64,000 bases of DNA from Candidatus Omnitrophota bacterium (GTDB lineage Bacteria; Omnitrophota; Gorgyraeia; Zapsychrales; JANLHA01): positions 77,021-141,020 of the forward strand of contig JAKQKX010000069.1 of NCBI GenBank assembly GCA_029560465.1, given 5' to 3'. This document shows, one piece after another, positions 1 to 9,474 of the stretch; positions within the stretch are counted from its first letter, which is position 1, and every line of letters starts with the position of its first letter. The translations under genes and the position numbers were made by a program. The notes below the pieces were generated by a model. It had not been told where the DNA came from and did no database searches. It saw only the letters and a program-made list of their open reading frames with translations.

Positions 1-717
1 GGGAAAACGACGACGCTCTACGCCTCTTTAAACGAGATATCATCCAAGGAAAAAAATATTATTACTTTAGAAGACCCTGTTGAATACCGCTTGCCGTTTA
101 TCCAGCAGTCTCAGGTGAACAGCGCGATCAAATTTGATTTTGCCAGGGGCTTGCGCTCTATTCTCAGGCAGGACCCCGATGTCATTATGATCGGAGAGAT
201 CCGGGACCGGGAAACGGCGGAGGTCGCGATCCATGCCGCCTTAACGGGGCATCTGGTTTTTTCCACGTTGCATACAAACGATTCTGTCGGAGCGGCCATC
301 CGTTTGATCAACATGGGCGTGGAGCCGTTTTTGATTACGTCCTCCTTAATCGGCGTCATCGGGCAGCGGCTGATTCGACGCGTTTGCCCGGCCTGCCGCG
401 AACGGATTCCTGCCGACCAAAAAATGTGGCAGGCGTTGGGAGGCCAGGAAGAGGTCGAGGAATTGTACCGGGGCCGGGGGTGTCCGCAGTGCGCTGGGCG
501 GGGTTACCATGGCCGGATCGGGGTTTTTGAACTGTTTGTTCCTGATGAACCGGCCCAGCAGATGATCCTGCAAAAGCAGTTCAGTCCTGCGATTCGGAAG
601 GCCGCCCGGGACAATGGGATGCGTACGATGAAACAGATGGCCTTGAAAAAAGCGGCGGCGGGACTGACAACGGTCGAGGAAGTTTTGAACTTTACGCATG
701 ACGTTGGCGAAGAATAA
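1..717 (+). CDS. Type II secretion / type IV pilus assembly ATPase (GspE/PilB family), 5'-truncated by window edge
   Basis: Frame 1 is open from nt 1. Walker A GKTTTLYA sits at the very start. Family-typical IMIGEIRD...[13 protein letters not shown] block and C-terminal CPAC...CPQC zinc-binding tetracysteine motif. Confidence 0.85.
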   Translation, partial: GKTTTLYASLNEISSKEKNIITLEDPVEYRLPFIQQSQVNSAIKFDFARGLRSILRQDPDVIMIGEIRDRETAEVAIHAALTGHLVFSTLHTNDSVGAAIRLINMGVEPFLITSSLIGVIGQRLIRRVCPACRERIPADQKMWQALGGQEEVEELYRGRGCPQCAGRGYHGRIGVFELFVPDEPAQQMILQKQFSPAIRKAARDNGMRTMKQMALKKAAAGLTTVEEVLNFTHDVGEE

Positions 718-728
718 GGAGATCTTTT

Positions 729-1946
729 ATGAATTATAAATTTGTGGCGATGGACCCCAAGGGGAAACGAGTCGCGAACTATGTTATCGCGGAAAATATG
801 GCGTTGGCGATTAAGCGCCTGAAGGACACGCAATTGCTTCCATTAAGGATTGATGAGGCGCCCTCGCTGGCCCACCGGGTGTCCCGTAAAGCCCGGCTGG
901 GTTACGGAGCCGTGACAGCCAAAGATTTGGCCATTTTTACCCGCCAGTTGGCCGCAATGTTAAACGCCGGATTAATTTTGAGTGACGCCTTGCTGGTCCT
1001 CAGCGAGGATTGTGACAATGAAAAACTGCAGAGAATTGTGTTGGATATGCATAAAGGGATTGTGGGCGGATTGAATTTGTCCGGTGTCTTAAGCCGGTAC
1101 CCACAGGTTTTCTCCAGGAGTTATGTCGCTATTATCAAGTCCGGGGAAATGAGCGGGCAGATCAATTATGCCTTGGACGGGCTGGCGGAATATTTGGAGA
1201 AGCAGGAAGAGCTCAAAGAGAGCGTCAAAAGCGCTTTAAGTTATCCTGTTTTTGTCATGATTTTTTCATTTATGGTTATGACGGCGGTGGTGCTGTTTCT
1301 CATTCCAAAATTCCAGGAAATTTATTCCCAGTCCGGGGAGAGCCTTCCATATCTTACCCGGGTGGTCATCGACACGAGCTCTTTTATAAACGCGCACCTT
1401 GGGGAGATTGGTTTTGGCCTGCTTGCGGTTTTGATCCTTCTCTGGCAATCCTTACGTTTTAGCCTGGTTGTCAGGTTGAAAGATATCGTTTTATTGAAAA
1501 TTCCGGTTTTTGGGAAGGGAATTATTCATAAATTTTTATTAGTGCGTTTTTGCCGGACCATGAGCCTTCTTTTGGCCGGAGGGGTTGACTTGTCAACGTC
1601 GTTGACCATCGCTTCCCAGGTGGTGCATCACGATAGCATGAGCAACGCGATTGAGAGGGTCCGCCGTAAGGTTTTGGCCGGGGCATCGATCCATAGCCAG
1701 ATGAAGCAACTGGCGCTGTTTCCGCATCTGGTCGTCAAGATGGTGGATATTGGAGAGAAAACCGGGAATCTCCCCGGGATGCTGACCCGGATCGCCGATT
1801 ACTATGAAAGCGACATGAATCGGATGACCAAAAAGATCCTGCCTTTGATTGAACCGTCTTTGATTGTGTTGATCGGAGGATTTGTTTGTTTTGTTATTGT
1901 GGCGCTGTATTTGCCGGTTTTCAACGTTTCTTTTTTGGTGCAATAA
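729..1946 (+). CDS. Type II secretion system protein F / PilC-like inner-membrane platform protein
   Basis: 405 aa with two T2SSF-like halves and three TM segments; lies 11 nt downstream of the GspE-like gene, the usual E-F order. Confidence 0.8.
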   Translation: MNYKFVAMDPKGKRVANYVIAENMALAIKRLKDTQLLPLRIDEAPSLAHRVSRKARLGYGAVTAKDLAIFTRQLAAMLNAGLILSDALLVLSEDCDNEKLQRIVLDMHKGIVGGLNLSGVLSRYPQVFSRSYVAIIKSGEMSGQINYALDGLAEYLEKQEELKESVKSALSYPVFVMIFSFMVMTAVVLFLIPKFQEIYSQSGESLPYLTRVVIDTSSFINAHLGEIGFGLLAVLILLWQSLRFSLVVRLKDIVLLKIPVFGKGIIHKFLLVRFCRTMSLLLAGGVDLSTSLTIASQVVHHDSMSNAIERVRRKVLAGASIHSQMKQLALFPHLVVKMVDIGEKTGNLPGMLTRIADYYESDMNRMTKKILPLIEPSLIVLIGGFVCFVIVALYLPVFNVSFLVQ

Positions 1947-1960
1947 AGAGAGGGCAGGAC

Positions 1961-2893
1961 ATGCATAGAACAACCATAACTTTAACGGCCCGATCGGCCG
2001 AGGAATTCCAGGGGAAACTGCAGTGGATCGGTAAGCCGTGCCGAAAGCCGCAGCCGCTCGTTCTTTTGTTGCAGGACCCTCGGATTTATGTCAACGCATT
2101 CCAGGTTCCCAATGGCCCGAGGCAGGGCATCCGGTATCATATTTTAATGGAAGCGGTTGAGAAATTGTCGTTACCGGTGGAGGACATCATCTTGGATTAT
2201 CAGATTTTGTCCCGGGATTCTGACATGGTTTTTGGAGTCTACCTCTGCGCTTCCCGGGACACGATTGCGGATTATGCGTCGGTGCCCGACCCCCAGACAG
2301 TCCGCCTGGTGAAGATCACCGACAGATTTTTATGCCTGTTGGAGCGATTCCGGAATCGTCAAAGTTGTCAAGACCGCTGTTACTGCCTTCTTTATATGGA
2401 TCGAGATCAGGAATTTCGCATCGCTGTCTTACAGGACGCCCGGATTACTTTAATCCGCAACGTGATGTTTGAAGATATGAACGAAGCCTCGGATGCGTTG
2501 ATCCAGACGTTACGTTTTGTCTGTGCGAAGAGCAAAATCAAGTCGCTGGACGGTATATATTGGGGCGGGGAAGGGGCCTCGTGTCCTCTCCTGATGGAAA
2601 CCCTTAAGAAGAATGTGGCGGTGGATTGCCCGGTGGAAGAATTGCCAGAAGAAGCTTCTGCGGGGGACATGAATGTGAATTTACTGAGAGAACGTTTGCG
2701 GTGGCAAAGAACGCAGCAGGCCCTGTATGCGGCCTGGACAGCGGGCCTTATGATCGTGTTTATGTTAACAGGCGCACTGACCTGGAAGATTTATCAACTT
2801 GAGACGGAAATCGGGAGCTTCTCCGCGGCCTATACCGTTTATGATTATGAATTAGCCCGGAAATACAAGGAAAGGCTGGCGCCCCATGAATAA
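1961..2893 (+). CDS. Hypothetical bitopic protein, possible GspL/PilM-PilN-like secretion-assembly component
   Basis: ATG at 1961 chosen in-frame to avoid a 60-nt overlap with the upstream gene (tool ORF starts at 1886). ~280-aa cytoplasmic domain, a single C-terminal TM (WTAGLMIVFMLTGALTW), short tail; position in a T2SS/T4P-like operon. Confidence 0.4.
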   Translation: MHRTTITLTARSAEEFQGKLQWIGKPCRKPQPLVLLLQDPRIYVNAFQVPNGPRQGIRYHILMEAVEKLSLPVEDIILDYQILSRDSDMVFGVYLCASRDTIADYASVPDPQTVRLVKITDRFLCLLERFRNRQSCQDRCYCLLYMDRDQEFRIAVLQDARITLIRNVMFEDMNEASDALIQTLRFVCAKSKIKSLDGIYWGGEGASCPLLMETLKKNVAVDCPVEELPEEASAGDMNVNLLRERLRWQRTQQALYAAWTAGLMIVFMLTGALTWKIYQLETEIGSFSAAYTVYDYELARKYKERLAPHE

Positions 2894-3824
2894 AAATATT
2901 CCCTTCTTTTCGTCAGAGTTGAATGTCCTGCCAACGCGATGCGGTGTTGCCCTCCTTTGCTTTATGCTCATCGGCGGTTTTCAGTCGTACTGGATCCACC
3001 AGAGGAGCGTTGTTTTGGCCCTGGAACGGCAGCGGTTCGCCCTGGCAGGAGAAAAGGCCAGGTTGGAAGCGTCATTAAGATCAAAAACAAAAAGGCAGCC
3101 GGTGGCGGTGCAGACCGGGGTTTTTGAGGCGGTGATTGAGGAGAGACGCGGAGTGGAAGCCAGCCCTCTGCCGGTTTTCAAGCGGGAAGCGGTAGAACAG
3201 GCGCGAGCCGAATCTCAGGCGGAAATGTTACCTCCTCTGGAAAGCGTTGTCCAGGAGGCGTCCTTTCCTCACGTGAATGGGATCGTGGAGTATCAAGGCC
3301 GTGCCACGGTCCTGATTCAGGACCGGTATTACGAAGAAGGGGACTTTTTTCAAGATTACCAGATCATCCATATTTCTCCCCGGGCGATCACGATTATCAA
3401 CACATCGACCGCGGAAGTCGCGTATTTGTATTTTTCCGAGGAGGCCGAACGCATGAAGCGGCTGGACCAGGCGTTAAAGACCGCCCAGTTTCACATGATT
3501 GTCCAAAAAGCCTTGGAGGAGAGGATGAAGGACACAGGAACTTTTGACCTGTTCGATAAAACTATTAATAAAGTGCGGAAACTTAAGCTGGGCGGCTTCC
3601 TTCAGGATGTCCAGGAAGGGAAGGATAGTGTGTATGTGCCCGTAGAATTCCAGGATATTCTTCATGATAAAAATGTCAGTGTTATTGCCGTGTTGAAGAA
3701 AGATGGTCATGACTGGGTGATTAAGAGTTGGGAATTGACCGCTATTGAAGACCCGGTCCCTCAAGTTGTTCAAGCTTCCAAGTTGGAGTTATCTTCCGTA
3801 TCAGCCGATCCGTATATCCAATAA
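2886..3824 (+). CDS. Hypothetical N-terminally anchored periplasmic protein, possible GspM/PilN/PilO-like component
   Basis: ATGA start/stop overlap with the previous gene; N-terminal TM (VALLCFMLIGGF) followed by a coiled-coil-like stretch and a periplasmic domain. Confidence 0.35.
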   Translation: MNKNIPFFSSELNVLPTRCGVALLCFMLIGGFQSYWIHQRSVVLALERQRFALAGEKARLEASLRSKTKRQPVAVQTGVFEAVIEERRGVEASPLPVFKREAVEQARAESQAEMLPPLESVVQEASFPHVNGIVEYQGRATVLIQDRYYEEGDFFQDYQIIHISPRAITIINTSTAEVAYLYFSEEAERMKRLDQALKTAQFHMIVQKALEERMKDTGTFDLFDKTINKVRKLKLGGFLQDVQEGKDSVYVPVEFQDILHDKNVSVIAVLKKDGHDWVIKSWELTAIEDPVPQVVQASKLELSSVSADPYIQ

Positions 3825-3940
3825 GCCCCGGCACAGAACAGTGCGTTATAATGGCTGCGGTTGTTTCCGGGGCAGTGCCCTGCCCCCCGGGAGAGAGGGA
3901 ACGGCGAGAGGTGTAACGCAGGGGTTTCGGCAGAGGCCTT

Positions 3941-5137
3941 TTATAGTTTTTTGTAGAGGGCCAGGGTTTTTCTTGCGACTTTTTCCCAAGTAAAATATTG
4001 GAGGACCCGTTGGCGTCCGGCTTTGCCGTACCGGGATCTTAACGTGTCGTTATCCATGAGTTGATTGATGTTGACCGCAAGATGCCTGGAAAATTCTTTC
4101 GGGTTCGTTGGTTCCAGATGGGAGTTTTTCCGCAGCCGGACCGGAACCAACAGCCCCGTTTTTTTGTCTTCCACAACTTCCTTGATCCCTCCGACGGCTG
4201 AAGCCACGACGGGAGTCGCGCAGGCCATGGCTTCGAGATTGATAATCCCAAACGGTTCATAGACGGAAGGACAGCAAAAAACCGCGGCGTGGGAATAGAG
4301 CGCGACTTTTTCTTCCTCGCTGATCATGTCTTTTATCCAGATAACCCCGGGATGGAGCGCTTGGGCTTGCTTGACAAGAGCCACCATCTCCCGGCTGATG
4401 TCCGGCGTGTCCGGGGACCCGGCACAGAGGACGATTTGAAAGTTTTTTTTCATGAAGGGAATGGCGTTCACCAGGTGTAGGATTCCTTTTTGCCTCGTGA
4501 TCCTGCCGACAAAAAGGACGAAAGGCTGGGCGGGATTGATCCCGAAACGCGTCAAAGTCGAGGGGGCTTGAACCGGTTTGTAAATCTGCGGGTTAATGCC
4601 GTTGGGGATGACGTGAATTTTTGATTCAGGAACCCGAGAGAACCGGAGGATATCCTTCTTGGTGTCTTCGGATACGGCTATGATGGCGTCGGCCATTTCA
4701 AGGGTGGTCTTTTCTAGCCAGGAGGTGAAATCATACCCTCCGCCCAATTGCTCTCTTTTCCAGGGACGAAGAGGCTCCAGGGAATGGACCGTGACCACCA
4801 GAGGGATCGCGTAGTTAAGCTTGGCCAGGATCCCTCCCCAATGGGTGTACCAGGTGTGCACATGGATAATGTCCGCGTCGACTTTATCGGTATTAAAATG
4901 CAGGCAGCGTTGCAGGGCATCAAAGACCCGGTTGTGACCGTCGGGGATGGAGTAATGCTCGGTGGAATTCTGATAGCCCGTTACCTTGAGGTTAGCTTGC
5001 CGGTTGTCTTGATCGCCGAAACACCGCACTTCAACCTGGCATAGTTTAGCCAGTTCCCGGCTGAGGTTGGCGACATGAACGCCAGCCCCACCGTAAATAT
5101 AAGGGGGATATTCATTGGTTAACAGCAATAGTTTCAT
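3941..5137 (-). CDS. Glycosyltransferase family 4 (GT-B fold, group 1)
   Basis: N-terminal KLLLLTNEYPPYIYGGAGVHV motif and C-terminal EPFGIINLEAMACATPVVASAVGGIKEVV nucleotide-sugar-binding motif. Confidence 0.8.
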   Translation of the reverse strand: MKLLLLTNEYPPYIYGGAGVHVANLSRELAKLCQVEVRCFGDQDNRQANLKVTGYQNSTEHYSIPDGHNRVFDALQRCLHFNTDKVDADIIHVHTWYTHWGGILAKLNYAIPLVVTVHSLEPLRPWKREQLGGGYDFTSWLEKTTLEMADAIIAVSEDTKKDILRFSRVPESKIHVIPNGINPQIYKPVQAPSTLTRFGINPAQPFVLFVGRITRQKGILHLVNAIPFMKKNFQIVLCAGSPDTPDISREMVALVKQAQALHPGVIWIKDMISEEEKVALYSHAAVFCCPSVYEPFGIINLEAMACATPVVASAVGGIKEVVEDKKTGLLVPVRLRKNSHLEPTNPKEFSRHLAVNINQLMDNDTLRSRYGKAGRQRVLQYFTWEKVARKTLALYKKL

Positions 5138-5280
5138 TGTAGATAAAATGAGAGTGTAAATGATATGTGTCTATTATAAAGGAAATAGGGAAAAAAGAAA
5201 GTTGAATGAAAAAAAAGGGCCTGGGCTCGTAGAATGGCCGATCTCGGAATGCGGCTTTAGGGCGGCCTGGTAGACGCGGG

Positions 5281-6315
5281 TTAATCATCATCTGGTTGCT
5301 GGACACGAAAGTCTGCCCATACCGGCCTGTAATCAGAAATAGCGCTGCCTGCTTTTTGATCATTGTTTTTAAACATGTTTTCGTCAAATTTTGTCACCCC
5401 GGAACGGCCCGTGTATTCCTGGCAGTATTTTTTCTGGAACCAGATGTTGTCATAAAGTCTTGTCCCGGCAATATTTGTCGTGTCCGGGGTTTTGATGAGG
5501 GGAGTCATCGTCGGAAACCGTTTAAGGTTGTCCCACGCTGGGTCTTCGGGAGGGAGGTTAAAGTGACCGAGGAGGATGATATCCTGCTCTCGGGGAAGTT
5601 CTTTTTGTATGAAATTGTAAAGGTCCGGCAGGGCTTTTATTTCAGTGCGACGCTGTTCTTCATTTACGCCCCAGGACATGTGGACAGTGACAAGAGTGAA
5701 GTCAAAATGTCCGGACTGGAACGTGGCGTAGAAAGGCTCTCGGATAAAGGGGGAATCTTTCGGATGGTAAATCATCCCTTCCCCAGACATCGAGATTTTG
5801 TCCGTGCGGTATAGAAACGCGTGAAGACCCGTATGCCGGACAGGCGCGGCCGCGGCAGATATATAGGCGTAAGGCAGCCCGAGGCCTTTTAGGATATCCA
5901 CGATTTTCTTTAGGGCCGTTTCCGTTTCGACCCCTTGAACGGCAACCACATCAAAATATTTGATAATCTGGGCCGTATAACCCAGATCCGGCACGTGGTT
6001 GTTATCAGAAGAACTGATATAAAAAGAAGCGATACGGATATCTCTCGGGGAGGGTTGTTTGGGCTCCTGGGCGTTATCTTGCTTGGAGCCGAGCCGTTTT
6101 TCCGGGGACGGTGTGACGGTTATAATCTTGGGACTGGAATTTTTTTGAAGCTTGGCGACCCGTTTTTTCAACGCTTCTTTGACCTCCGGGAAATATTCCT
6201 CGACAAACCCGGAAATATGGTCTTTGTAGGACCCGATATAGAAGCAGATCACCCCAACAATAATGAGACTGATCAGGCGCATGAGGCATGACGCCCGGAG
6301 ATTGCGAATTTGCAT
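5281..6315 (-). CDS. Secreted or membrane-anchored endonuclease/exonuclease/phosphatase (EEP) family protein
   Basis: N-terminal hydrophobic anchor; C-terminal SDYRPVWADF resembles the EEP/DNase I-like SDHxPV catalytic motif. Confidence 0.55.
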   Translation of the reverse strand: MQIRNLRASCLMRLISLIIVGVICFYIGSYKDHISGFVEEYFPEVKEALKKRVAKLQKNSSPKIITVTPSPEKRLGSKQDNAQEPKQPSPRDIRIASFYISSSDNNHVPDLGYTAQIIKYFDVVAVQGVETETALKKIVDILKGLGLPYAYISAAAAPVRHTGLHAFLYRTDKISMSGEGMIYHPKDSPFIREPFYATFQSGHFDFTLVTVHMSWGVNEEQRRTEIKALPDLYNFIQKELPREQDIILLGHFNLPPEDPAWDNLKRFPTMTPLIKTPDTTNIAGTRLYDNIWFQKKYCQEYTGRSGVTKFDENMFKNNDQKAGSAISDYRPVWADFRVQQPDDD

Positions 6316-6446
6316 GTGTCCTCCTATGGTCTAGAAAATATTGTAGCGGAAAAAATGGTCATGAAAAGCAGAGATCAATATAAAATCGTGCTGAAGACCT
6401 GAACTCAACAGCACGGGGCGAGGGACGCCAGGAAGCGTTTTAAAGA

Positions 6447-7511
6447 TTATTTTTTCTCAAACCTTTTTTTGAAATCCTCTTCTGATTCGAATGCCGTGTC
6501 CTCGGGGTAAGGATATTGGAAATCTTTCGGCTTGAGTTCCTCGTTTATTTTTATGTTTTCAAAAGTGACTTCGACATAAGTTTTTGCTTCGAGCCCCCAT
6601 CGAATGGCGTGGATATCTTTGATCGCCTGCCGGGCGATCTTTTGATTCTCGGCTGAGAGCTCCATTTTTAAAACGGGAAAGATGCTGTTGATGGCTTCTA
6701 TGTCTATGCCCCGCGCGAAAAATTCGTCGGAGTGCCCGGAAAATTCATAATCGATTTTCAAGATAAGATGATTGGACTTGGATATCCAGATCATATACGA
6801 TCCCGAATTGACATCCTGTTTAAAAAGGTAGCAATGTTCTCTCCCAAAAGTGGCATTCCCGAAGTATGAGAAGGTTTTTAGCAAGGCGCACTCGTCTGTA
6901 CAGCCAATAAAGAAATCATATAAAATATTTATATACCCCACGCCCATCCGCGCCAGAATAGCGTTAGGAAGCTGAAAATACTTTTTGTTTTTATAGTAAA
7001 AATGACCTTCTCCGCTGTGCCAGGCCGCGCGGATTTCTTCCACGCTTTTGGGCGCAGATGTTTTTTCCACGATTAAGTAAAAGCCGGGCCGCTGAAATTT
7101 AATGGTGATATATTTATACCCGCTTGAGAGGGAGCTCCCATAATTTGTGTTCGTGATCCCCCCGCCGTTGCATTGGAATGAACTCATTTCTTTATACTTA
7201 GCCAGGACCGCTTTAAGAACCTCTTCGCCCTGGACGTCTTCTCGGGAGATTTTTTGCCCTTTATACAGGAGGACTTCTTGGATTTCTACGGTTTTTTCCG
7301 GAAGAGCACGGTACGCGGCGGCAAATTTTTCATCCATACGTTTGAAGGGGATTTTCAGAACGCTGCTTCCGGTGTTGATTTTGATGTGCTCATCGGTTTT
7401 TTCGACAACCTCCCCCTGAATGACCATCCCGCTTTTGAGCACCACGGATTCTGCGAAAACGGTGTTGGCCGAGAGGAAAAGAAAAACAACTATCCTTAAA
7501 CATTGGCGCAT
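6447..7511 (-). CDS. Secreted hypothetical protein (paralog A of the pair flanking the M48/BI-1 unit)
   Basis: Signal peptide MRQCLRIVVFLFLSANTVFA. Homologous along its whole length to the 9475..10698 product, sharing LKNG..EKT..HIK, YKGKKI.RED, MSSFQCNG, WISK..L...IDY blocks and the acidic C-terminus. Confidence 0.6.
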   Translation of the reverse strand: MRQCLRIVVFLFLSANTVFAESVVLKSGMVIQGEVVEKTDEHIKINTGSSVLKIPFKRMDEKFAAAYRALPEKTVEIQEVLLYKGQKISREDVQGEEVLKAVLAKYKEMSSFQCNGGGITNTNYGSSLSSGYKYITIKFQRPGFYLIVEKTSAPKSVEEIRAAWHSGEGHFYYKNKKYFQLPNAILARMGVGYINILYDFFIGCTDECALLKTFSYFGNATFGREHCYLFKQDVNSGSYMIWISKSNHLILKIDYEFSGHSDEFFARGIDIEAINSIFPVLKMELSAENQKIARQAIKDIHAIRWGLEAKTYVEVTFENIKINEELKPKDFQYPYPEDTAFESEEDFKKRFEKK

Positions 7512-7777
7512 TTTAAACTCCTTTAGTTTATATTATAGATAATAAAACATAAAGTCCAAAAAATCAAAACAAGTTATTTCATCAACCTTAAAATGGCCTT
7601 TTGCACAGAGAAATAACCTTAGGCCCAGATTGCGATTTTATTAAAACCGAAACAAAAGCGGGAGACGCCGTGTGGTATAATAAATGGCCTGTTATTCAAT
7701 GGGGGGACCGGGTGAAAAGTTTGAGCCAAGCTGTTTGCCTGTGTGATTTTGGACCAAAAACAAAGGAAGCGTATTTT

Positions 7778-8590
7778 ATGATGCCGAGAATTAGATTTAT
7801 TTTTATTTGCGTTTGTGCCTGTCTCCTGTCCTCTTGTGCGACCGTTCCCATAACAGGCAGAACCCAATTGGAGCTTATTCCTGCGAATACGATGCTTTCC
7901 ATGAGCTTTCAGCAGTATGATGATTTTTTAAAGAACCATAAATTGAGTGCGGACAGCGCTCAAACGCGAATGGTTAAGACCGTGGGGGAGAGGATTCAGG
8001 GCGCGGTTGAGGAATATATGACGGAGCACGGGCTCTCGGCACGATTGAACGGTTACGTCTGGGAATTTAATGTGGTTGAAAACGAGGAGGCGAACGCTTG
8101 GTGCATGCCGGGGGGGAAAGTCGTCGTTTATACGGGAATTCTTCCGATCACTCAGGATGAGAATGGGTTAGCTGTTGTTTTATCACATGAAATTGCGCAT
8201 GCGATTGCCCGGCACGGGGATGAGCGCATGAGTCAGGGTTTGCTCACGGAGATGGGAGGCTTTGCCCTTTCAACAGCGTTGGAACAGAAACCGGAGAAAA
8301 CCCGGGCGCTCTGGATGACCGCCTTCGGTGTCGGAGCTAATTTGGGGGTTATTTTGCCTTATAGCCGACTTCATGAAAACGAAGCCGATCATTTGGGGTT
8401 GATTTTTATGGCTATGGCTGGTTATGATCCCCACAGGGCGGTCGCATTTTGGGAAAGAATGGCTCAACAGAAAGGAGGCTCGGCCTCGCTGGAGTTTTTA
8501 AGCACGCATCCATCGGACCAGACTCGGATTAATAAGATTTTGGCGACCATCCCCGAGGCGATGAAATATTATAAACCTCGATCTTATTAG
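7778..8590 (+). CDS. M48-family zinc metallopeptidase, lipoprotein
   Basis: HEIAHAIARH (HExxH) plus a downstream NEADHLG third-ligand region typical of M48. Lipoprotein signal with lipobox LLSSC. Start moved to the ATG at 7778, which carries the signal peptide (tool ORF begins 7601). Confidence 0.75.
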   Translation: MMPRIRFIFICVCACLLSSCATVPITGRTQLELIPANTMLSMSFQQYDDFLKNHKLSADSAQTRMVKTVGERIQGAVEEYMTEHGLSARLNGYVWEFNVVENEEANAWCMPGGKVVVYTGILPITQDENGLAVVLSHEIAHAIARHGDERMSQGLLTEMGGFALSTALEQKPEKTRALWMTAFGVGANLGVILPYSRLHENEADHLGLIFMAMAGYDPHRAVAFWERMAQQKGGSASLEFLSTHPSDQTRINKILATIPEAMKYYKPRSY

Positions 8591-8673
8591 GTGGCAGGCT
8601 CTTATAGGGCCTCGTTAGAAAAATGAAAAGAATTTTATTTTAATTATAGTGGTTCATGAAAGGAGGCGTTTTT

Positions 8674-9396
8674 ATGCGTTCAGGCAATCCCGTGTTAACA
8701 GACAACACCTTCAGCGGGGTCCGGTCGTATGAACCGGATGATGTCATGTCGATCCAGGGAACAACCAATAAAAGCTTTATCCTTCTTTTCCTTGTGATGT
8801 TGACGGCAAGCTGGGTATGGAGCAACCCAGCGCCTGGGCTTTCTTTTTTGTTGCCGGCTTTAGTGGGAGGCTTCGTGGCCGCCCTTATCACTATTTTTAA
8901 GAAAGAGTGGTCCCCGGTGACCGCACCGATATACGCTTTTTTGGAGGGGATTGTTCTGGGGGCTGTTTCGATCCTTTTTGAACAATCGTATCCGGGGATC
9001 GTCATGCAGGCGGTTGGACTTACGATGGGAACCTTATGTGCGTTATTAATTGCTTATCGGTCAGGGATGATCACTGTTACGGATCAGTTCCGCAGGGGCA
9101 TTGTGGCCGCCACCGGAGGGATCGCTCTATATTATCTGCTGAGTCTGATCCTGGGGTTTTTTCATATCCGTCTGCCGCTTATCTATAACAGTGGCCCGCT
9201 TGGTATCGGATTCAGCCTTATTGTTGTTATTATTGCCGCTTTGAATCTGGTGCTGGATTTCGATTTTATTGAACGAGGAACCCGTATGGGTGTTCCCAAA
9301 TATATGGAATGGTATGGGGCTTTTGGCCTCATGGTCACTTTGATTTGGCTGTATATGGAAATACTGCGGTTGCTGTCAAAGCTTCGCCGGAGATAA
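8674..9396 (+). CDS. Bax inhibitor-1 / YccA family seven-TM membrane protein
   Basis: Seven predicted TM segments; N-terminus MRSGNPVL and overall helix pattern parallel E. coli YccA. AGGAGG Shine-Dalgarno 7 nt upstream of the ATG at 8674. Confidence 0.65.
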   Translation: MRSGNPVLTDNTFSGVRSYEPDDVMSIQGTTNKSFILLFLVMLTASWVWSNPAPGLSFLLPALVGGFVAALITIFKKEWSPVTAPIYAFLEGIVLGAVSILFEQSYPGIVMQAVGLTMGTLCALLIAYRSGMITVTDQFRRGIVAATGGIALYYLLSLILGFFHIRLPLIYNSGPLGIGFSLIVVIIAALNLVLDFDFIERGTRMGVPKYMEWYGAFGLMVTLIWLYMEILRLLSKLRRR

Positions 9397-9474
9397 AAAA
9401 CGGAATCGTTTTGTTTGCCGCTCACGTCAACGGGGTTTGGCGGAGTCATCAGCTGACTTGGGCAACAAGTTGAT

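Noticed and set aside
346-833. Minus-strand ORFs (117 and 109 aa) inside the GspE gene
   Set aside because: Antisense shadows within a highly conserved ATPase gene.
1886-1960. 60-nt overlap between the GspF gene and the next ORF
   Set aside because: Resolved by an in-frame ATG at 1961, just after the GspF stop; no frameshift or fusion is needed.
5138-5280. Possible structured element between the GT4 and EEP genes
   Set aside because: Only partial GGCC/GGGCC complementarity and no convincing stem plus U-tract on the minus strand; left unannotated.
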